Positions 13,922-28,664 of a stretch of DNA of 64,000 nt are shown here, one piece after another. A program made the position numbers and the translations under genes. Position 1 is the stretch's first letter. Every line of letters begins with the position of its first letter. The stretch comes from the human T2T-CHM13v2.0 reference genome, Homo sapiens. The notes under the pieces are model-generated. The model was not told where the DNA came from and did no database searches. It worked only from the letters and a program-made list of their open reading frames with translations. The stretch is from assembly GCF_009914755.1 (NCBI RefSeq), contig NC_060941.1; one strand, written 5' to 3'.

Positions 13922-14523
13922 GACTTTTCTAAATATGATATACAATTTGTAATTTCTCTTAATGGTTAAGGCTTAGCTAAGTTTCAAAGCTTCCAAATGG
14001 ATTTATTTTTAGAAACACTTATGTGATGCATCAAATAAAGCATATATGACAACCTAGAAAAGAGTTAGAAGTTTACTGGGATTATTTTCTTGGCACTGCC
14101 ACAATAATACTTTACAGAAAGTTACTCTAGTTTCACTTCCTTCTTGATTCTACAAGAAGGGATACATAATGCTATCACATTAAGTCCTTAATGCAATTTC
14201 AGAAATCATTAGCATGTATTTCTGAAGAAAGCTGTGTTTTCTTTGACGATTGTATTTAAAAACTAAAGACAAGTAGTTATTCAAAGTAAATTTTACAGAA
14301 AATATTAATTATAATTGAACAAGTAAATGACAAGTAAATGACAAATATGAAGGTCGAGTGGATACAAAAATTCAAATGGATTCCATTTCCTTTCAAACTT
14401 GCTCTTTAAATTGTGTTACTGCAAAGATATACCAGGGAAGATGTGACAGGATAATCCTTGATTTCATTTATATATTTAATAATACATTGTTTCCATGTTA
14501 TATAATTTTTGGCAGTGAGATCA

Positions 14524-14763
14524 TTTTTTATTTTTATTTTTTAAATTAAAAAAAGTTTATTTCCGTAGGTTTTAAGGGAACAGGTGGTATTTGATTACAT
14601 GAGTAAGTTCTTTAGCGGTGATCTGTGAGATTTTGGCGCACCCATTTCCCGAGCAGGATGCAGGATGCAAAGGCATAAGAATGACTCAGTGGACTTTGGG
14701 GACTCAGAGGGAAAGGGTGGGAAGGGGTGAGGAATAAAAGACTACAAATTGGTTCAGTGTATA
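14524..14763 (-). mobile_element. L1PB1-like 3' end with 5' inversion
   Basis: Antisense terminal segment to about 14656, then the sense upstream segment gatgcaaaggcataagaatg...ttcagtgtata. Confidence 0.8.
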
Positions 14764-15589
14764 TATTCTATACATCTTGTGTTTTGTTAACCCAGTGTCT
14801 CTCAAACTAGTCAAAAATCAGGAGATGGACCCAAAAGATTCTGTTTGCATTAGTGAGATGTCAGGAAGAGGAAAGTAAAATATCTAAGTACCTACTCTCT
14901 GCCTACTTACTATGTTAGATGCTTTATGAATTATTGCCCCGTTTGCTAGTCTTAAGGTATTATTTTGTTATCATGTCTATTTTAAGAGTGAGCAAGATGA
15001 GGTCAACAAAGCTTAATACAATTGTTCAGGCTTTAGCTAGTGGAATTTAATTTAAAACTAAGAACAACTAGATTCAGATTTATTCATATTTAGGTTTGTG
15101 GAAAGAAACTGAGAGAAAGAATAATTCTAATGCTAAGTATTCTCTAAAAAACTAAGAACAGAAGACTAACCTTGCAAGTTATAAATTCTGATTAAGTGAT
15201 TATGTAGCCTACACAAGTAGTGATGTGAACATTTCCTTCTTCCTACAATGACATAAAACTGTTGAATAAAAACCTAGATGGAATTTCCAGGAGTTACCTA
15301 TTTCTCCTGCCCATGCCTCTCAATGACAGGCAACTGTAGCCTGTTCTTTGCCCTTGTCTTTGTTTTTACATCTCCATGCTGGAGTTCATTATGAAGAAAA
15401 CATGGTGAAGAATGAGAATCCAAAAGATATCACAAGTTAATTCAAATGATGGAAGTATTTTTAACTTTTCACTGAACATGTATACATGTTAAATAAAGGG
15501 ACCTGAGCTCTTCAAGGCAAAGCAACATGTTTTTCAGAGATGACTGCTTATCAGTACATTTAATTTGAGACAGTTTTTACCCTGAGTCA

Positions 15590-15792
15590 AGTATTTCCCA
15601 CTATGGTGACCTCTACACTGTTGACATTTTGTAGTGTGGAACTGTTTATGCATTGTAAGATGTCTAGCAGCACCCCTAACCCTCTACTCTCCAGATGCCA
15701 GTAGCGCCCTTACAGTTGTGACAATCAAGAGTATCTTCAGAGATCATCAAATGTACCCTGCGGGACAAATTCCTGCCCTTGGAGAACCACTG
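15590..15792 (-). mobile_element. MER20 (hAT-Charlie)
   Basis: gcattgtaagatgtctagcagcacccct...gatgccagtagc...cagttgtgacaatc...ttggagaaccactg. Confidence 0.85.
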
Positions 15793-16479
15793 CACTGCAG
15801 GGATATTTAAATATATCACAACTGGAGTAAATTTTACAAAATTTATCAATCAAGATGTTTGATTAATTTTGTATTGGGAGAAGTTTTGAAAATGGCTTGC
15901 CTTTTAAGGTGCTGTTCATAGCTAAGAATAAAAATAAACATAAATATAAAAATATACGTTCCCATAATTGAAATATCATTTTCATATGATATTATCATCT
16001 ATGACATATATTCTACATCCCTCTTTTTCTTCTATTAATATTAGCCCTTTAAGTGGCAGTGTTGTTCATGGTAACAATGCTAGACTTTTACACTTATATG
16101 TATTCTACTATATATATTATATATATATATAAATGATATACCTATATCTGAAATTCAGCATAATTATTTAATTTCTCAGTGTTTCAATGTTCTTATCTGC
16201 ATAATTCTGAATTATAGGTGCTTGATTACATTATGGTATAGATTAATTGAGAGCATATATAAAAACACAATGTGTTGCCTAATATTTTGTATTAAGTGCC
16301 AGATACGTTTTACTTAAGTTGAACACTTTGATAGTCCTGTTCTTTTCTGGACAGATAGTCTATCTGCCACCTACTGTTTCCACATAAGTTGCGTCTAACT
16401 CTCCACAGAAGATTTTTTTTCTTCTGTTCCTCTGTCTCTAGGAGGAGGAATGAGCTTGCTGTCTTCTTCCTTGTGTTAG

Positions 16480-17000
16480 TTTCAAATCATGTTTTTTTCC
16501 CTTCACCCAAAATTTTCAGCTTCACATTTCTTTCATCCATTCTTTAGCATATTTTAAATTATTACTTTAGAGGCTTTGTCTGATAATTCTAAATACTAGG
16601 TCATCTACAGGGCATCATTTGTTGACTATGCTTTTTCTTAATTATGACTCTTTTCTGCTTTGGTTGACTCATACTTTTTTTATTATATTACAGATATTTA
16701 TAATAAAATTACAGTGGAGACAAAATTATAATAATATTTGGTTTTATCTCTTTTCAACAATGTGCAGGGCTTGTCTTTTATCTGGCATTTGTAACGGGCT
16801 AATTATTCAGATTTCTCTTGTTGCTAAGTTGAACCACGGCTTAGTCACAATTTAATTAGATTAACTGTCTTTAGCCCTATCACCAACCATCAATATTTTA
16901 GCTACCATGTTATTCTTGTTACATTTAAGCTAGAGGAAGTCGGCTGCAATTTCAAGTATTTTATGGTTTATCTCTGAGCTCAGCTTCAGCAGTGGCCTAG
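16480..17000 (-). mobile_element. Old L1M 5'/ORF1 fragment
   Basis: ttagcatattttaaattattactttagaggctttgtctgataattctaa motif. Confidence 0.5.
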
Positions 17001-17465
17001 CATCCAATGTCTACGAGAATGTGCAAAACCGTACTAATTCTCTCTAGAGAACACCTCCTAGAGAGCTGAAGAATTTGGGGATAGACAGGGCTGGAATGAA
17101 TGGTGTGCTCCTCCATTTAGGCCTCAACTTTATCTAGCTTGTAAATGAAGTCAGGGAAAATGTAGACCATGTCTGAGGGTCCTTTTTCTTTACCTGTCTG
17201 AAAACACTGCCCCATAAAATGCCACTCACCTTTTAGTTTTTTTATTATTATTTTTTGCTTTTTGCTTCTGTTCTATCAAGTCATGAGCTATAAAAACATA
17301 CTTAATAGTCCATTCAATTGGTGTAAATGTTCAACATAAATTGGCACACATTTTTTTCACCTTTAAAGACTAAAAAGTAAGGCTATTTTTAATTTATTTA
17401 TATTTGATTCTGTGGAACCTGACATCCAAAGCAAAGATAAGCTAGATATGAGTAAAACACATACC

Positions 17466-17542
17466 AGTTTATTTTACTTTATTTTATTTTATTTTTTATT
17501 ATTATTATACTTTAAGTTTTAGGGTACATGTGCACAATGTGT
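17466..17542 (-). mobile_element. Very short L1PA 3' end with (TTTTA)n tail
   Basis: ttattattatactttaagttttagggtacatgtgcacaatgtg; candidate TSD AGTTTTA. Confidence 0.75.
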
Positions 17543-18142
17543 AGTTTTAATGCTGTTTTCCCCTACTGTTTCCTAGACCCAATGGGGAAAAATAAAAAGT
17601 TCTCAAACTTAAGCAGGTTATTTCTGCTAGCAGGTTACACTGCCCACAATGTCGATGGCATTGGGTGGCAAAGTACTTGAAAGTCTGCTTGTCTCCAAGG
17701 AACATGAAGTCTAAATCTTTATGCATCCAAGGAAAGTCAGTCAGTCAGTGGATTTTGGCAGATTAAACAGTATCAGATTTTTTTTATCCTATTATTCCAG
17801 GTTAATACTGAAAAAGGCCTCAGAGCCTTCTCATTTATGACTCCCATTTATGACTCAGCCAGGTTTTCATTGTCTACACCAACTGAATAAAATTAATCCA
17901 GTGATTTTTTTCAAATAATATCACTGAAGCTAATTATAATTTAAATATAGCATTTTTCTCTAAATTCAAACTATCCTACCACATAAAAGTTTTATGATCT
18001 TGCTTATAATTTATGGTCAAGAGGTATAAACAAATCTTGAAATGATTTGGTGGCTAAAGAAAGTACTGCCATATGCTAACTTCTACTTTAAAGTCTAGAC
18101 TCTAGAAATGGGTTTTTATCGAGATCCCTCCTCATCATTTCA

Positions 18143-19154
<1,012 letters not shown>

Positions 19155-19179
19155 AGAATTCTAAAAGAATGTCAACATT

Positions 19180-19468
<289 letters not shown>

Positions 19469-20377
19469 GAATGTCAACATCATTGTCCCACCTATCTTTA
19501 TCTGCATGTTTCCTGCCACAATGTTGGGATATTTGGGTTAGAGTTTCTTTGTGTGGGAAAACATGTGTTGACAGTTATTGATTTATCAGTCAATATGACT
19601 GATGCTTACAGAATATCACCTTTTTCATGTCAGGCTCTGTGCCTGGAACACAGTTACAAAGAAACACCTCACATAATCCCTGTCTTTTAGTAAAAATACA
19701 AAAGTACTGCTGCTTATTCTTAAGTTAACATACGTGGCATGTGTGCATTTGTGTCTATGCCCAAAGTATGACCTTACATCTCACTTGAAAACAAACGCAA
19801 AAGCTAAGCTCATAGCAAAAAAGCTCAATTACCAAATTCATGAAGTGAACTTCTGTTTTCACTTAATTTTGCTTTTTAGTTTACTGAATGTGTTTTTATT
19901 CAAACATACATATTTGATTTTCTGGTGGTCTTTTTTTTAAAGCAAACTTTTTATATTGAGATAATTGTAGAATCAACTACAATTATAAGGAATAATACAG
20001 AAAGATAATATATATCTTTACTCATTTTTCAAAATCTTGCAAAACTAGAGTAAAATAGCAAAACCAGGTAGCTGACTTTGATACAATGAAAATGCAGACC
20101 ATTTCCATCAACAGCAGGATCGCTCATGTGGCCCTTTTATAATCACATCCATTTCCCACTCACTCACTCCCTCTTTAACCCCTGGCAACCAATGATCTGT
20201 TCTCCATTTTTATAATTTTGTCACAAGAATATTATGTAGATGAAATAATACAGTATTTTATATTTTGATACTGCATTTTTTTCAATCAGCAAAATCCTCT
20301 GGAGATTCATCCAGGTTGCTGCGTGTATCAATATTTAATTCCTCTATATTGATGAGTAGTATTTTTTGGTATAGGTG

Positions 20378-20870
20378 TATAATGGTTAATATTTTAGATA
20401 TAAATGTATGCCAACTGTGTTAAAGCATATTTAGATAGCTGGTAAAAACAAACAAACAAAAAAAATCTATTATTTCTGTGTAGGTCTGTAAGGGTGCTTC
20501 TGAAAAACACTAGCATTTGAATCAGTAGACTGAATAAAGATCACGCTCACCAATCCATTGATGGCCAAATTAAAAAAAAAAGGCAGAATGAGGGTGAATT
20601 TGCTTTCTTTTCTGGAAAGGAGACAACCGTCTTATTCTGCCCTCTGACATCACAGCTCCTGGTTTTTGGGTCTTCAGACTTTGGGACTTATACTAGTGGC
20701 CCCTCACAGGTTCTTGGGCCTTCAGACTCATACCGAGTTACACCACTGTCTTCCCTGTTTCTCTAGCTTGCAGACAGAAAACCATGGGACTTCTTCACCT
20801 CCATAATTACATAAGTCAATTCTCATAATAAATCTCCTTTTCTCTCTGTCTCTCCCAGAAACATATATGT
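20378..20870 (+). mobile_element. MLT2C/D-like ERVL LTR
   Basis: tgtataatggttaatatttt...gcatttgaatcagtagactgaataaag...ctccataattacataagtcaattctcataataaatctc. Confidence 0.75.
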
Positions 20871-20878
20871 ATGTATAA

Positions 20879-21294
20879 AACACTCCCTTGAAGCCGTAGA
20901 GTACAATCAAACATCTTGGCTCCTCCTGAAACCTGCTCCCACCCATTTCAGTCCCGATAACTTAAAGATCTTAAGTAGTTTAGACACACACCTTTGCTCA
21001 AGGAAATTCACAGAAACTGCCACTGCTATACATCTTATTTAATAACTCACGATTCTCCTTCGCTGATTAATCCTTTTCCTCATCCCTTCCTACCCCTCCC
21101 ATCTGCCCTAAGAACAAAGAGCTTGTAAACCAATAAATTAGGTGGGGCCAAAGAGCTCTGGGCGGTGAGCAAGCCTCCGACGCTCCGGTCCCCTGGACCC
21201 GCCTTTTAAACACGTATTCTATCTCTTTCTAATTCCTTTGTCTCCGCTGGACTTGGGGTACCCGCTGGGTGGTGTGGGGCTGGTTTCCCCAAGA
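20879..21294 (+). mobile_element. LTR14B (HERV-K14/HML-1), 5'-truncated solo LTR
   Basis: aacactcccttgaag...caaagagcttgtaaaccaataaa...gggtggtgtggggctggtttccccaa matches LTR14B. Confidence 0.8.
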
Positions 21295-21699
21295 CACACA
21301 TATACACATATGTATATGTACATGTATATGTGTGTGTGTATCTATATATATTATAAGTATATATAATATATTTTGTTGATTATAAATTACCCAGTCTAAG
21401 GTGTTTTGTTATAGCAGCCCAGACTGACTAAAACAACTATTTATTCATTGAAGAACATTGTGATTGTTTCCCAGTTTTGACTTTTATAGACAAAGTTACT
21501 AAAAACATTCATGTCCAGATTCTTGTGTGAATATGTCTTTAATCATTGATAAATGTCCAATAGTGCATTTGTTTGGTTTTATGGTAGTTGCACATTACTA
21601 ATGACACTGTTGCTGAACATTTTCTCATGTGCTTATTTGCCCTATGTGTATCTTCTTCAGTGAAATATCCCTTCCTGCGCTTCGCTAATTTTCTTTCTT

Positions 21700-22731
21700 C
21701 TTTTTTTTTTTTATTATACTTTACGTTATAGGATACATGTGCAGAACGTGCAGGTTTGTTACATAGGTATACACGTGCCATGGTGGTTTGCTGCACCCAT
21801 CAACCCATCATCTACATTAGGTATTTCTCCTAATGCTATCCCTCCCCTAGTCCCCCACTCCCTGACAGGCCATGATGTGTGATATTCCCCTCCCTGTGTC
21901 CGTGTGTTCTCATTGTTCAACTAATAAATGGTGTGGGGAAAGCTGGCCAGCCACATGCAGAAAACTGAAACTGGACCCTTTCCTTACACCTTATACAAAA
22001 TTAACTCAAGATGGATTAAAGACTTAAACATAAAACCCAAAACCATAAAAACCCTAGAAGAAAACCTAGTCAGTGCCGTTCAGGACATAGGCATGGGCAA
22101 AAACTTCATGACAAAACACCAAAAGCAATGGCAACAAAAGCCGAAACTGACAAATGGGATGTAATTAAACTAAAGAGGTTGTGCACAGCAAAAGAAAATA
22201 TCATCAGAGTGAACAGACAACCTACAGAATGGGAGAAGAGTTTTTGCAATCTATTCATCTGACAAAAGGCTAATAGCTAGAATCTATAAGGAACTTAAAC
22301 AAATTTATAAGAAAAAAGAAACAACCCCTTCAAAAAGTGGGCGAAGGATATGACAGACTCTTTTCAAAAGAAGATGTTTATGCAGTCAACAAACATGAAA
22401 AAAAGCTCATTATCACTGGTCATTACAGAAATGCAAATCAAAACCACAATCAGATACCATCTCACACCAGTTAGAATGGCGATTATTAAAAAAATCAGGA
22501 AACAACAGATGCTGGAGAGGATGTGGAGAAAGAGGAATGCTTTTACACTGTTGGGAGTGTAAATTAGTTCAATCATTGTGGAAAACAGTGTGGCGATTCC
22601 TCAAGGATCTAGAACCAGAAATACCATTTGACTCGGCAATCCCATTACTGGGTATATACCCAAAGGATTATAAATCATTCTACTATAAAGACACATTCAC
22701 ACATATGTTTATTGCAGCACTATTCAAAATA
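21700..22731 (-). mobile_element. L1PA7-like insertion with 5' inversion (antisense 21700-21922, sense 21923-22731)
   Basis: Poly(T) and 3'UTR antisense, then sense ORF2 C-terminus ([31 protein letters not shown]). Confidence 0.88.
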
Positions 22732-23450
22732 GTTTTCTCCATTTTCTAATTGAATTTGGTTTTGTTTTTATTGTTACATTTTGAGTGGTCTTTATATATC
22801 TTAGATACTAGTGCTTTGTTGGATATATTATTTCCCAGGAAGTAACTTTGCTTTTCGTTAACTGTATCAGGGTATTTCACAGAGCATAAGTTTTGTCTTG
22901 CTGTTTGATGAAGACCAATGTATTAAAATTTCCTTTTATGGATTATCATCTGGTGTCAAGTCTAAGATACATTTGCCCAGCCCTAGAACACAATAATTTC
23001 TGTTTTTTCTAAAAGTTGTATGTTTAACTGATAAATTTACCTGTGATCCATATTTAATTAACATTTGTATAAAGTGTGAGGACGAGCCATTGCTGTTTCC
23101 TTTTTTCCTTGTAGATGTCTAATTTTCTACCTTTTTTTCAAAAATTAGGCGCATTTTTGTGGCCTTCTTTATTGATTCTCTCTTCTGTTTTATTGATTTG
23201 TGTGTCCCTTCATTAATACAACAAAGTCTTGGTTACTCTAGCTACATAATGAGTTCTTAAATAAGTTAGACTGATTATTCTCATATTATTCGTTTTTCAA
23301 AGTTTATTTTTGCTATTCTAGTTCTTTGGCTTTTCCATATAAGCGTTATTATTATCAATATCTACAAAATATCTTGTTTTGATTTTGATAAACATTACAT
23401 CATTACATTAGTCTTTAGAATATTGAGTCATTAAATTTAAGAACATTATA

Positions 23451-23659
23451 CAGAAGGTCCTTGAATAACATGTCTTTGAACATTGTTTCATTATAATATT
23501 GATGAGAAAAAAATTCAATTCTCAGCCAGGGCTATTGTCTGCGTGGAGTTTGTACGTTCTCCTTAAGTCTGGGTATTCTGGTTATATCTCACATTTCAAA
23601 GATGTGCACGTTAAAATGCAATGTCTAAATTGTCCAGTTGGAGAGAGAGAGAGAGAGAG

Positions 23660-23704
<45 letters not shown>

Positions 23705-24070
23705 ATCCTGTGACCAGATAGTGTCCTGTCCAGGGTTGGTTCCTACCTTATGCCCAATATAGCTGCTGGTATAGGCTTCAGGGACCTGTGGCCCTGACCT
23801 GGAACAATTGAATAATAAATATTTTTTGACTTGTTTTTGTTAATCTTTCTTAAACATTTGTATAACTCAATTTATTTTAATGTTTAATGTCAGAGGTGTT
23901 TTGGTCTTTATTTAAAAACTTGGTGATGTTTCCTGTGACCTGAAATGTGCCACAGGAACTTGTTTTGTTTGTATCAGTTAGCCTATGGGAAAATTGGTTT
24001 TATTATATGTTGGTTCATTTAAAGTCACTGTTTTCAAGAACCTATAGACAGCATTTATGAGGACATACTG
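23451..24070 (+). mobile_element. MER6A (TcMar-Tigger)
   Basis: CAGAAGGTCCTTGAATAAC...GAGGACATACTG termini, TA TSD. Confidence 0.85.
23642..23703. repeat. (GA)n(GT)n compound microsatellite
   Basis: Directly visible. Confidence 0.97.
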
Positions 24071-24914
24071 TATGCATCTCTGTTTATTTAGATCTTTATT
24101 TACTTTTATCAAGGTTGTGTAGATTTCAGCATTCAGTTACTACATATATTTTGTTTGATTTACATCTTAGTATTTAATTTTTTGAGCAACATAAGTAGCA
24201 ATGTATTATTAATTTTGTTGCTCATATGTTCATCAATAACATATAGATATATAAAGGATATTTGTATATTTACATGTATCATGCCATTTTGCTAACCTAA
24301 CATTTTAGTTCTAGGGTTTTAAAAATGTATGTGTTTTGTAAATATCTTGGGGGTTTTCTAAGTAGATAATTTTGTCATCTGCAAAAAGGGAGAGATTCAT
24401 TTCTTCCTAACTGATCTGTAAGATTTTTATTTTTTTTTTGTTTATATACACTAGTTATAAATTCTAGCACTGTGCTGGGTAACAGTGTTTGGAGAAGACA
24501 AACTTACTTTGGCTCGGATCTTATTGGGAAAGCATTCAGTCTTAGATAGTTAAGAATGATATAATCTATATAATTTTTTAGTCTTTTTGTTGGTTCACTC
24601 ATTGTAGATGATCTTTATCAAGTTCAGGAAGTCCTCCTTAGTATTGTATTTCTAAGAGTTTTCATCATGAGTCGATGTTGAGTTTTCTCAAATGGCATTT
24701 CTGTGTAGATTGGTGTAATTATTTTTTTCTTGTTAGCTTGTTAATATGTAGATTGCATTAATTTTGTAAAATGTTTACCAGCTTTGTATTCCTGTAAAAA
24801 ACCCACTTTGTTAGGATATATAATTCTTTCTATATGTTGCTAAATCCTATTTGTTAATATTCTTTAAGGATGTTTGCATATCCATTCCTGAGATATTGGT
24901 CTGCAGCTATCTTT

Positions 24915-26110
24915 CTTTTTTAAAAAATCATTTTAAGTTCAATGGTACATGTGTAGGTTTGTTACATAGGTAAACTTTTATCATGGGGATTTATTGTACA
25001 GATTATTTCATTACCCAGGTATTAAGCCTAGGACCCATTAGATATTTCTTCTGATTCTCTTCCTCTTCCCATGCTCCACTCTCCGGCAGGCTCCAGTGTG
25101 TGTTGTTATCCTGTGTGTCCATGTGTTCTCATTATTTAGTTCCCACTTATAAGTGAGAACATGCAATATTTGGTTTTCTGTTCCTCTGTTTGGTAAAGAT
25201 AATGGCCTCCAGCTTCATGTCCCTGCAAAGGAAATAATCTTGTTCTTTTTGTATGGCTGCATAGTATTCCGTTGTATATATGTACCACATTTTATTTATC
25301 CAGTCTTTCACTGATGGGCATTTAGGATGATTCCATGTCTCTGCTATTGTGAATGGCGCTGCATGTGTCTTTGTAATAGAACAATTTATATTGCTTTGGA
25401 TATATACCCAGTAATGGGGTTGTTGGGTTGAATGGTATTTTTGTCTTTAGGTTTTTGAGGAATTGCCACACTGTCTTCCACAATGGTTGAACTAATTTAC
25501 ACTCCTTCTAACAGTGTATAGATGTTCCTTTTTCTCCACAACCCTGCCAGCATTTGTTATTTTTTGACTTGTATTAATAGCCATTCTGACTGGTATGACA
25601 TGGTATCTCATTGTGGTTTTCATTAGCATTTCTCTAACGATCAGTGATGTTGAGCATTTTTTCATATGATTGTTGGCTGCATGTATCCCTTCTTTTGAAA
25701 AGTGTCTGTTCATGTCCTTGGCCCACTTTTTAATGGGCTTGTTTTTATCTTGTAAATTTAAGTTTCTTATAGATGTTGGATATTAGACCTTGGTTAGATG
25801 CATAGTTTGTAAAAATTTTCTCCCATTCTCTATGTTGTCTGTTTACTCTGTTGATAGTTTCTTTTGCTGTGCAGAACTTCTTTAATTAGATCTCATTTGT
25901 CAACTTTAGCATTTTTTGCATTTGCTTTTGGTTTCTTTGCCATGAAACTTTTGACTGTGCCTATTGCCTATGTTGTCTTCTAGGGCTTTTACAGTTTTGG
26001 GTTTTATATTTAAGTCTTTAGTCCATCTTAGTTATTGTATATGGGGTAAGGAAAGGGTCCAGTTTCAATCTTCTGCATATGGTTAGCCAGTTATCCCAGT
26101 ACCATTTTTT
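24915..26110 (-). mobile_element. L1PA13-16-like 3' portion
   Basis: Antisense 3'UTR (ttgtacagattatttcattacccaggtattaagcc) and ORF2 end ([24 protein letters not shown]). Confidence 0.85.
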
Positions 26111-26315
26111 TAAATAATGTGGTATATTTTTATTTCCTAAGTACAGAAATATAAGTATATAAACAGCACCCAGTGCACCAAAACACATTTACAGCCATTC
26201 AACAAACTGTGTACAAGCATTTGAACAAATATCATACCAGCATAGCATGTTTGTTCTAAAACATGCCACTTATGTTAGAATTTTAAAAATAAGAATTATC
26301 ACATTTGGGTGCCCG

Positions 26316-26462
26316 CTATATCATTCTTAGGCATTTGCATCATCATAGCTTTAACTCCCACTTATCAGTGAGAACATATGATGTTTGGTTTTCCACCCTT
26401 GAGTTACTTCACTTAGAATAATGGCCTCCAACTCCATCCAGGTTGCTGCGAATGCCATTATG
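26316..26462 (-). mobile_element. L1PB 3'UTR fragment
   Basis: tatatcattcttaggcatttgcatcatcatagc...gagttacttcacttagaataatggcctcc. Confidence 0.75.
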
Positions 26463-27559
26463 TATACTATAGACACTTTACTTCTCTTTACATTTCCTTA
26501 CTCACCATATTTATAAGTGTCTTTGATATTCCCCTACATACATTCAGATCCAAATCAGGCATTCTTCCAGTGTTTGCTTTAACCATCGAACATAAGTTAG
26601 ACAATTCAAGAAGAGAACTCTGTTGTATGAACTCCTATTTTTGCTTTCTCTGTTCTTTATTCCTTTCTGAAACTTTTAATGTTGAGCATGATTACATGGC
26701 TAAATGTACAATAACTCCCCAAAAAAGAGATAGGAACTCTTATGTAAACAAGTAACTATGTCAGAAGCAACCTAATAAGAACAATCTAGAATGTGTCAAT
26801 TGTATTTCTATATACATGTAGTACTCGAAATTCAGGCTTGAGCTCAAATAATCAATAGAACCCTCATCAAAGTAGTTTGCATTTGAAATTAAATCATGCT
26901 TTTATAAATTTTGCATCATTCTATCATTGATGGAGCATACCCTGTTACAACATTAAAATTCCAGTATAACTGTCACATTTCAAGGGGGAAAAAGTTTTAA
27001 AGTTATGTTTAGTGAAGGGGATTAAGTCAGAACTATCACATTTCCTTTTCCAAGCACAATGCTCCCAAGAGAACTTGTTAAACTTTATTTCACAATGTAA
27101 AGTATGCATTTTAAAACACACCATTTCAATATACAATGAGCACTTTTCATTCACACACTTCTACCTCTGGAAAAAATCTTAAATTATCTATTAATTCAGT
27201 GAAGTTGAAAGATATTTTTCTTTTTAATTTAGAAAGCTTAATTAAATGCCAATCTCTTAAATTCCTTGAATCTTTAGATTTTAATCACAAAAGGCACAAT
27301 TTACTTAGGAAAAAAATACATCTTGAAAGCATCCTACTTAGAAACTACATAGGTAGATTCCAAATAAATTAATTCACAGTAATTTAGCCATATTTATTAA
27401 GATATGTAACCACGTGAGTTAAAAGTCTATATTATAAAAACCCATTTTAAAGTTGTTTGTATATGCATACTCAGTAGTGTATATTGAGAACATGATATCA
27501 ATAAGTAGAAAATCTTGCCCTTTAACACATAAAGATAATTATCTTTAATTAGCAGCATA

Positions 27560-28650
27560 TATATTTTGCTTGCAATTTTTCTTATTTCAAATTTATTGAA
27601 ACATGTCAAGAATAGTACAGGGAGCTCTGATATACAATATTTATTCAGATTCACTATTAGTTTACACTTTTCCTATTTCCTTTATCATTTTTTCTTTAAA
27701 TATGCATATAAATTATGTATGAGCATTTGAGAGCAAGTTGGAGATATAGTGCCCCTTTATATCAAAATACTTCAGGTCACATTTTCTATATTACAACAAT
27801 ACTGTTACTAAAATGTGAAAATTTTATATTTATGCAATACTATGTAATTTATAGCCCTTATTCAGATTTTTTTAATTGTCCCAATAATATTTTTTAGAAC
27901 TAGTTTTTCCTGGCCAGGATCTAATACAGATTCACGCTTTGGATTAATTTATCATGTCTCTTTAGTCTGTAAATTGAAACATTTCTTTAGCCTTTGTTTC
28001 TCTTCACTTTGACGTATTTATTTGATGAGTTTAGGCCAGACATTTTGTAAAATGTCTCTCAATTTGATCTTATCTGATGTTTTTTCATGATCTTATTTAA
28101 GTAATTTGTTACTGTCAGGGATGCTAACAAAAGTGATTGTATGTTCTTCTGAGTGTACCATATGGAAAGAAAATTTATGTTGGTTTGTCAAAATTAGTGA
28201 TGTCAGTTTTGATCATCTCATTCAAGTAGTGTCTACCAGGTTTCTTCAATGTCAAGTTGGCATTTTCCTTTGTAATTAATAAGTAATTCATAGGGCAATA
28301 ATTTGAAACTGTAAATATCCTGTTTCTTATTAAACTTTTACTAAGTAGCTTTACCGCACATTGATACTTTTGTAAGTTCTTCATCTATTTTCTATCATTG
28401 GTATTTCACTTTAAGAAGAAATTTCCCTTCTCCAATTATTTATCAATCCATTTATTTATGTAAGTATGGGCTTCTGTGAATTATCATTTTATTAAATTAC
28501 TTAAAATTTGTTACTATAATTATTTATTTTGAGGCTCAAATTTTCCTGGAGCTTACCAGTTGGAGTTTCTTCAAGCTGGCTGTTTTATTCTTTTGATTAC
28601 TTTTTGTTGCAAGGAGATATTACAGTATCAGCTTAAACTTTTCTTTCTTA
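27560..28650 (-). mobile_element. L1MC4/5-like 3' region (continues about 31060-31430)
   Basis: Characteristic antisense L1MC 3'UTR motifs (caggtttcttcaatgtcaagttggcattttcctttgtaattaataagta). Confidence 0.7.
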
Positions 28651-28664
28651 TTTTGCTGGGATTA

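Larger units (their letters stand above)
19930..24915 (-). mobile_element. L1MC-like element (3'UTR into ORF2), antisense, hosting several nested insertions
   Basis: ttttatattgagataattgtagaatc... 3' end; collinear antisense pieces resume at about 21437, 22732 and 24071. Confidence 0.7.
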
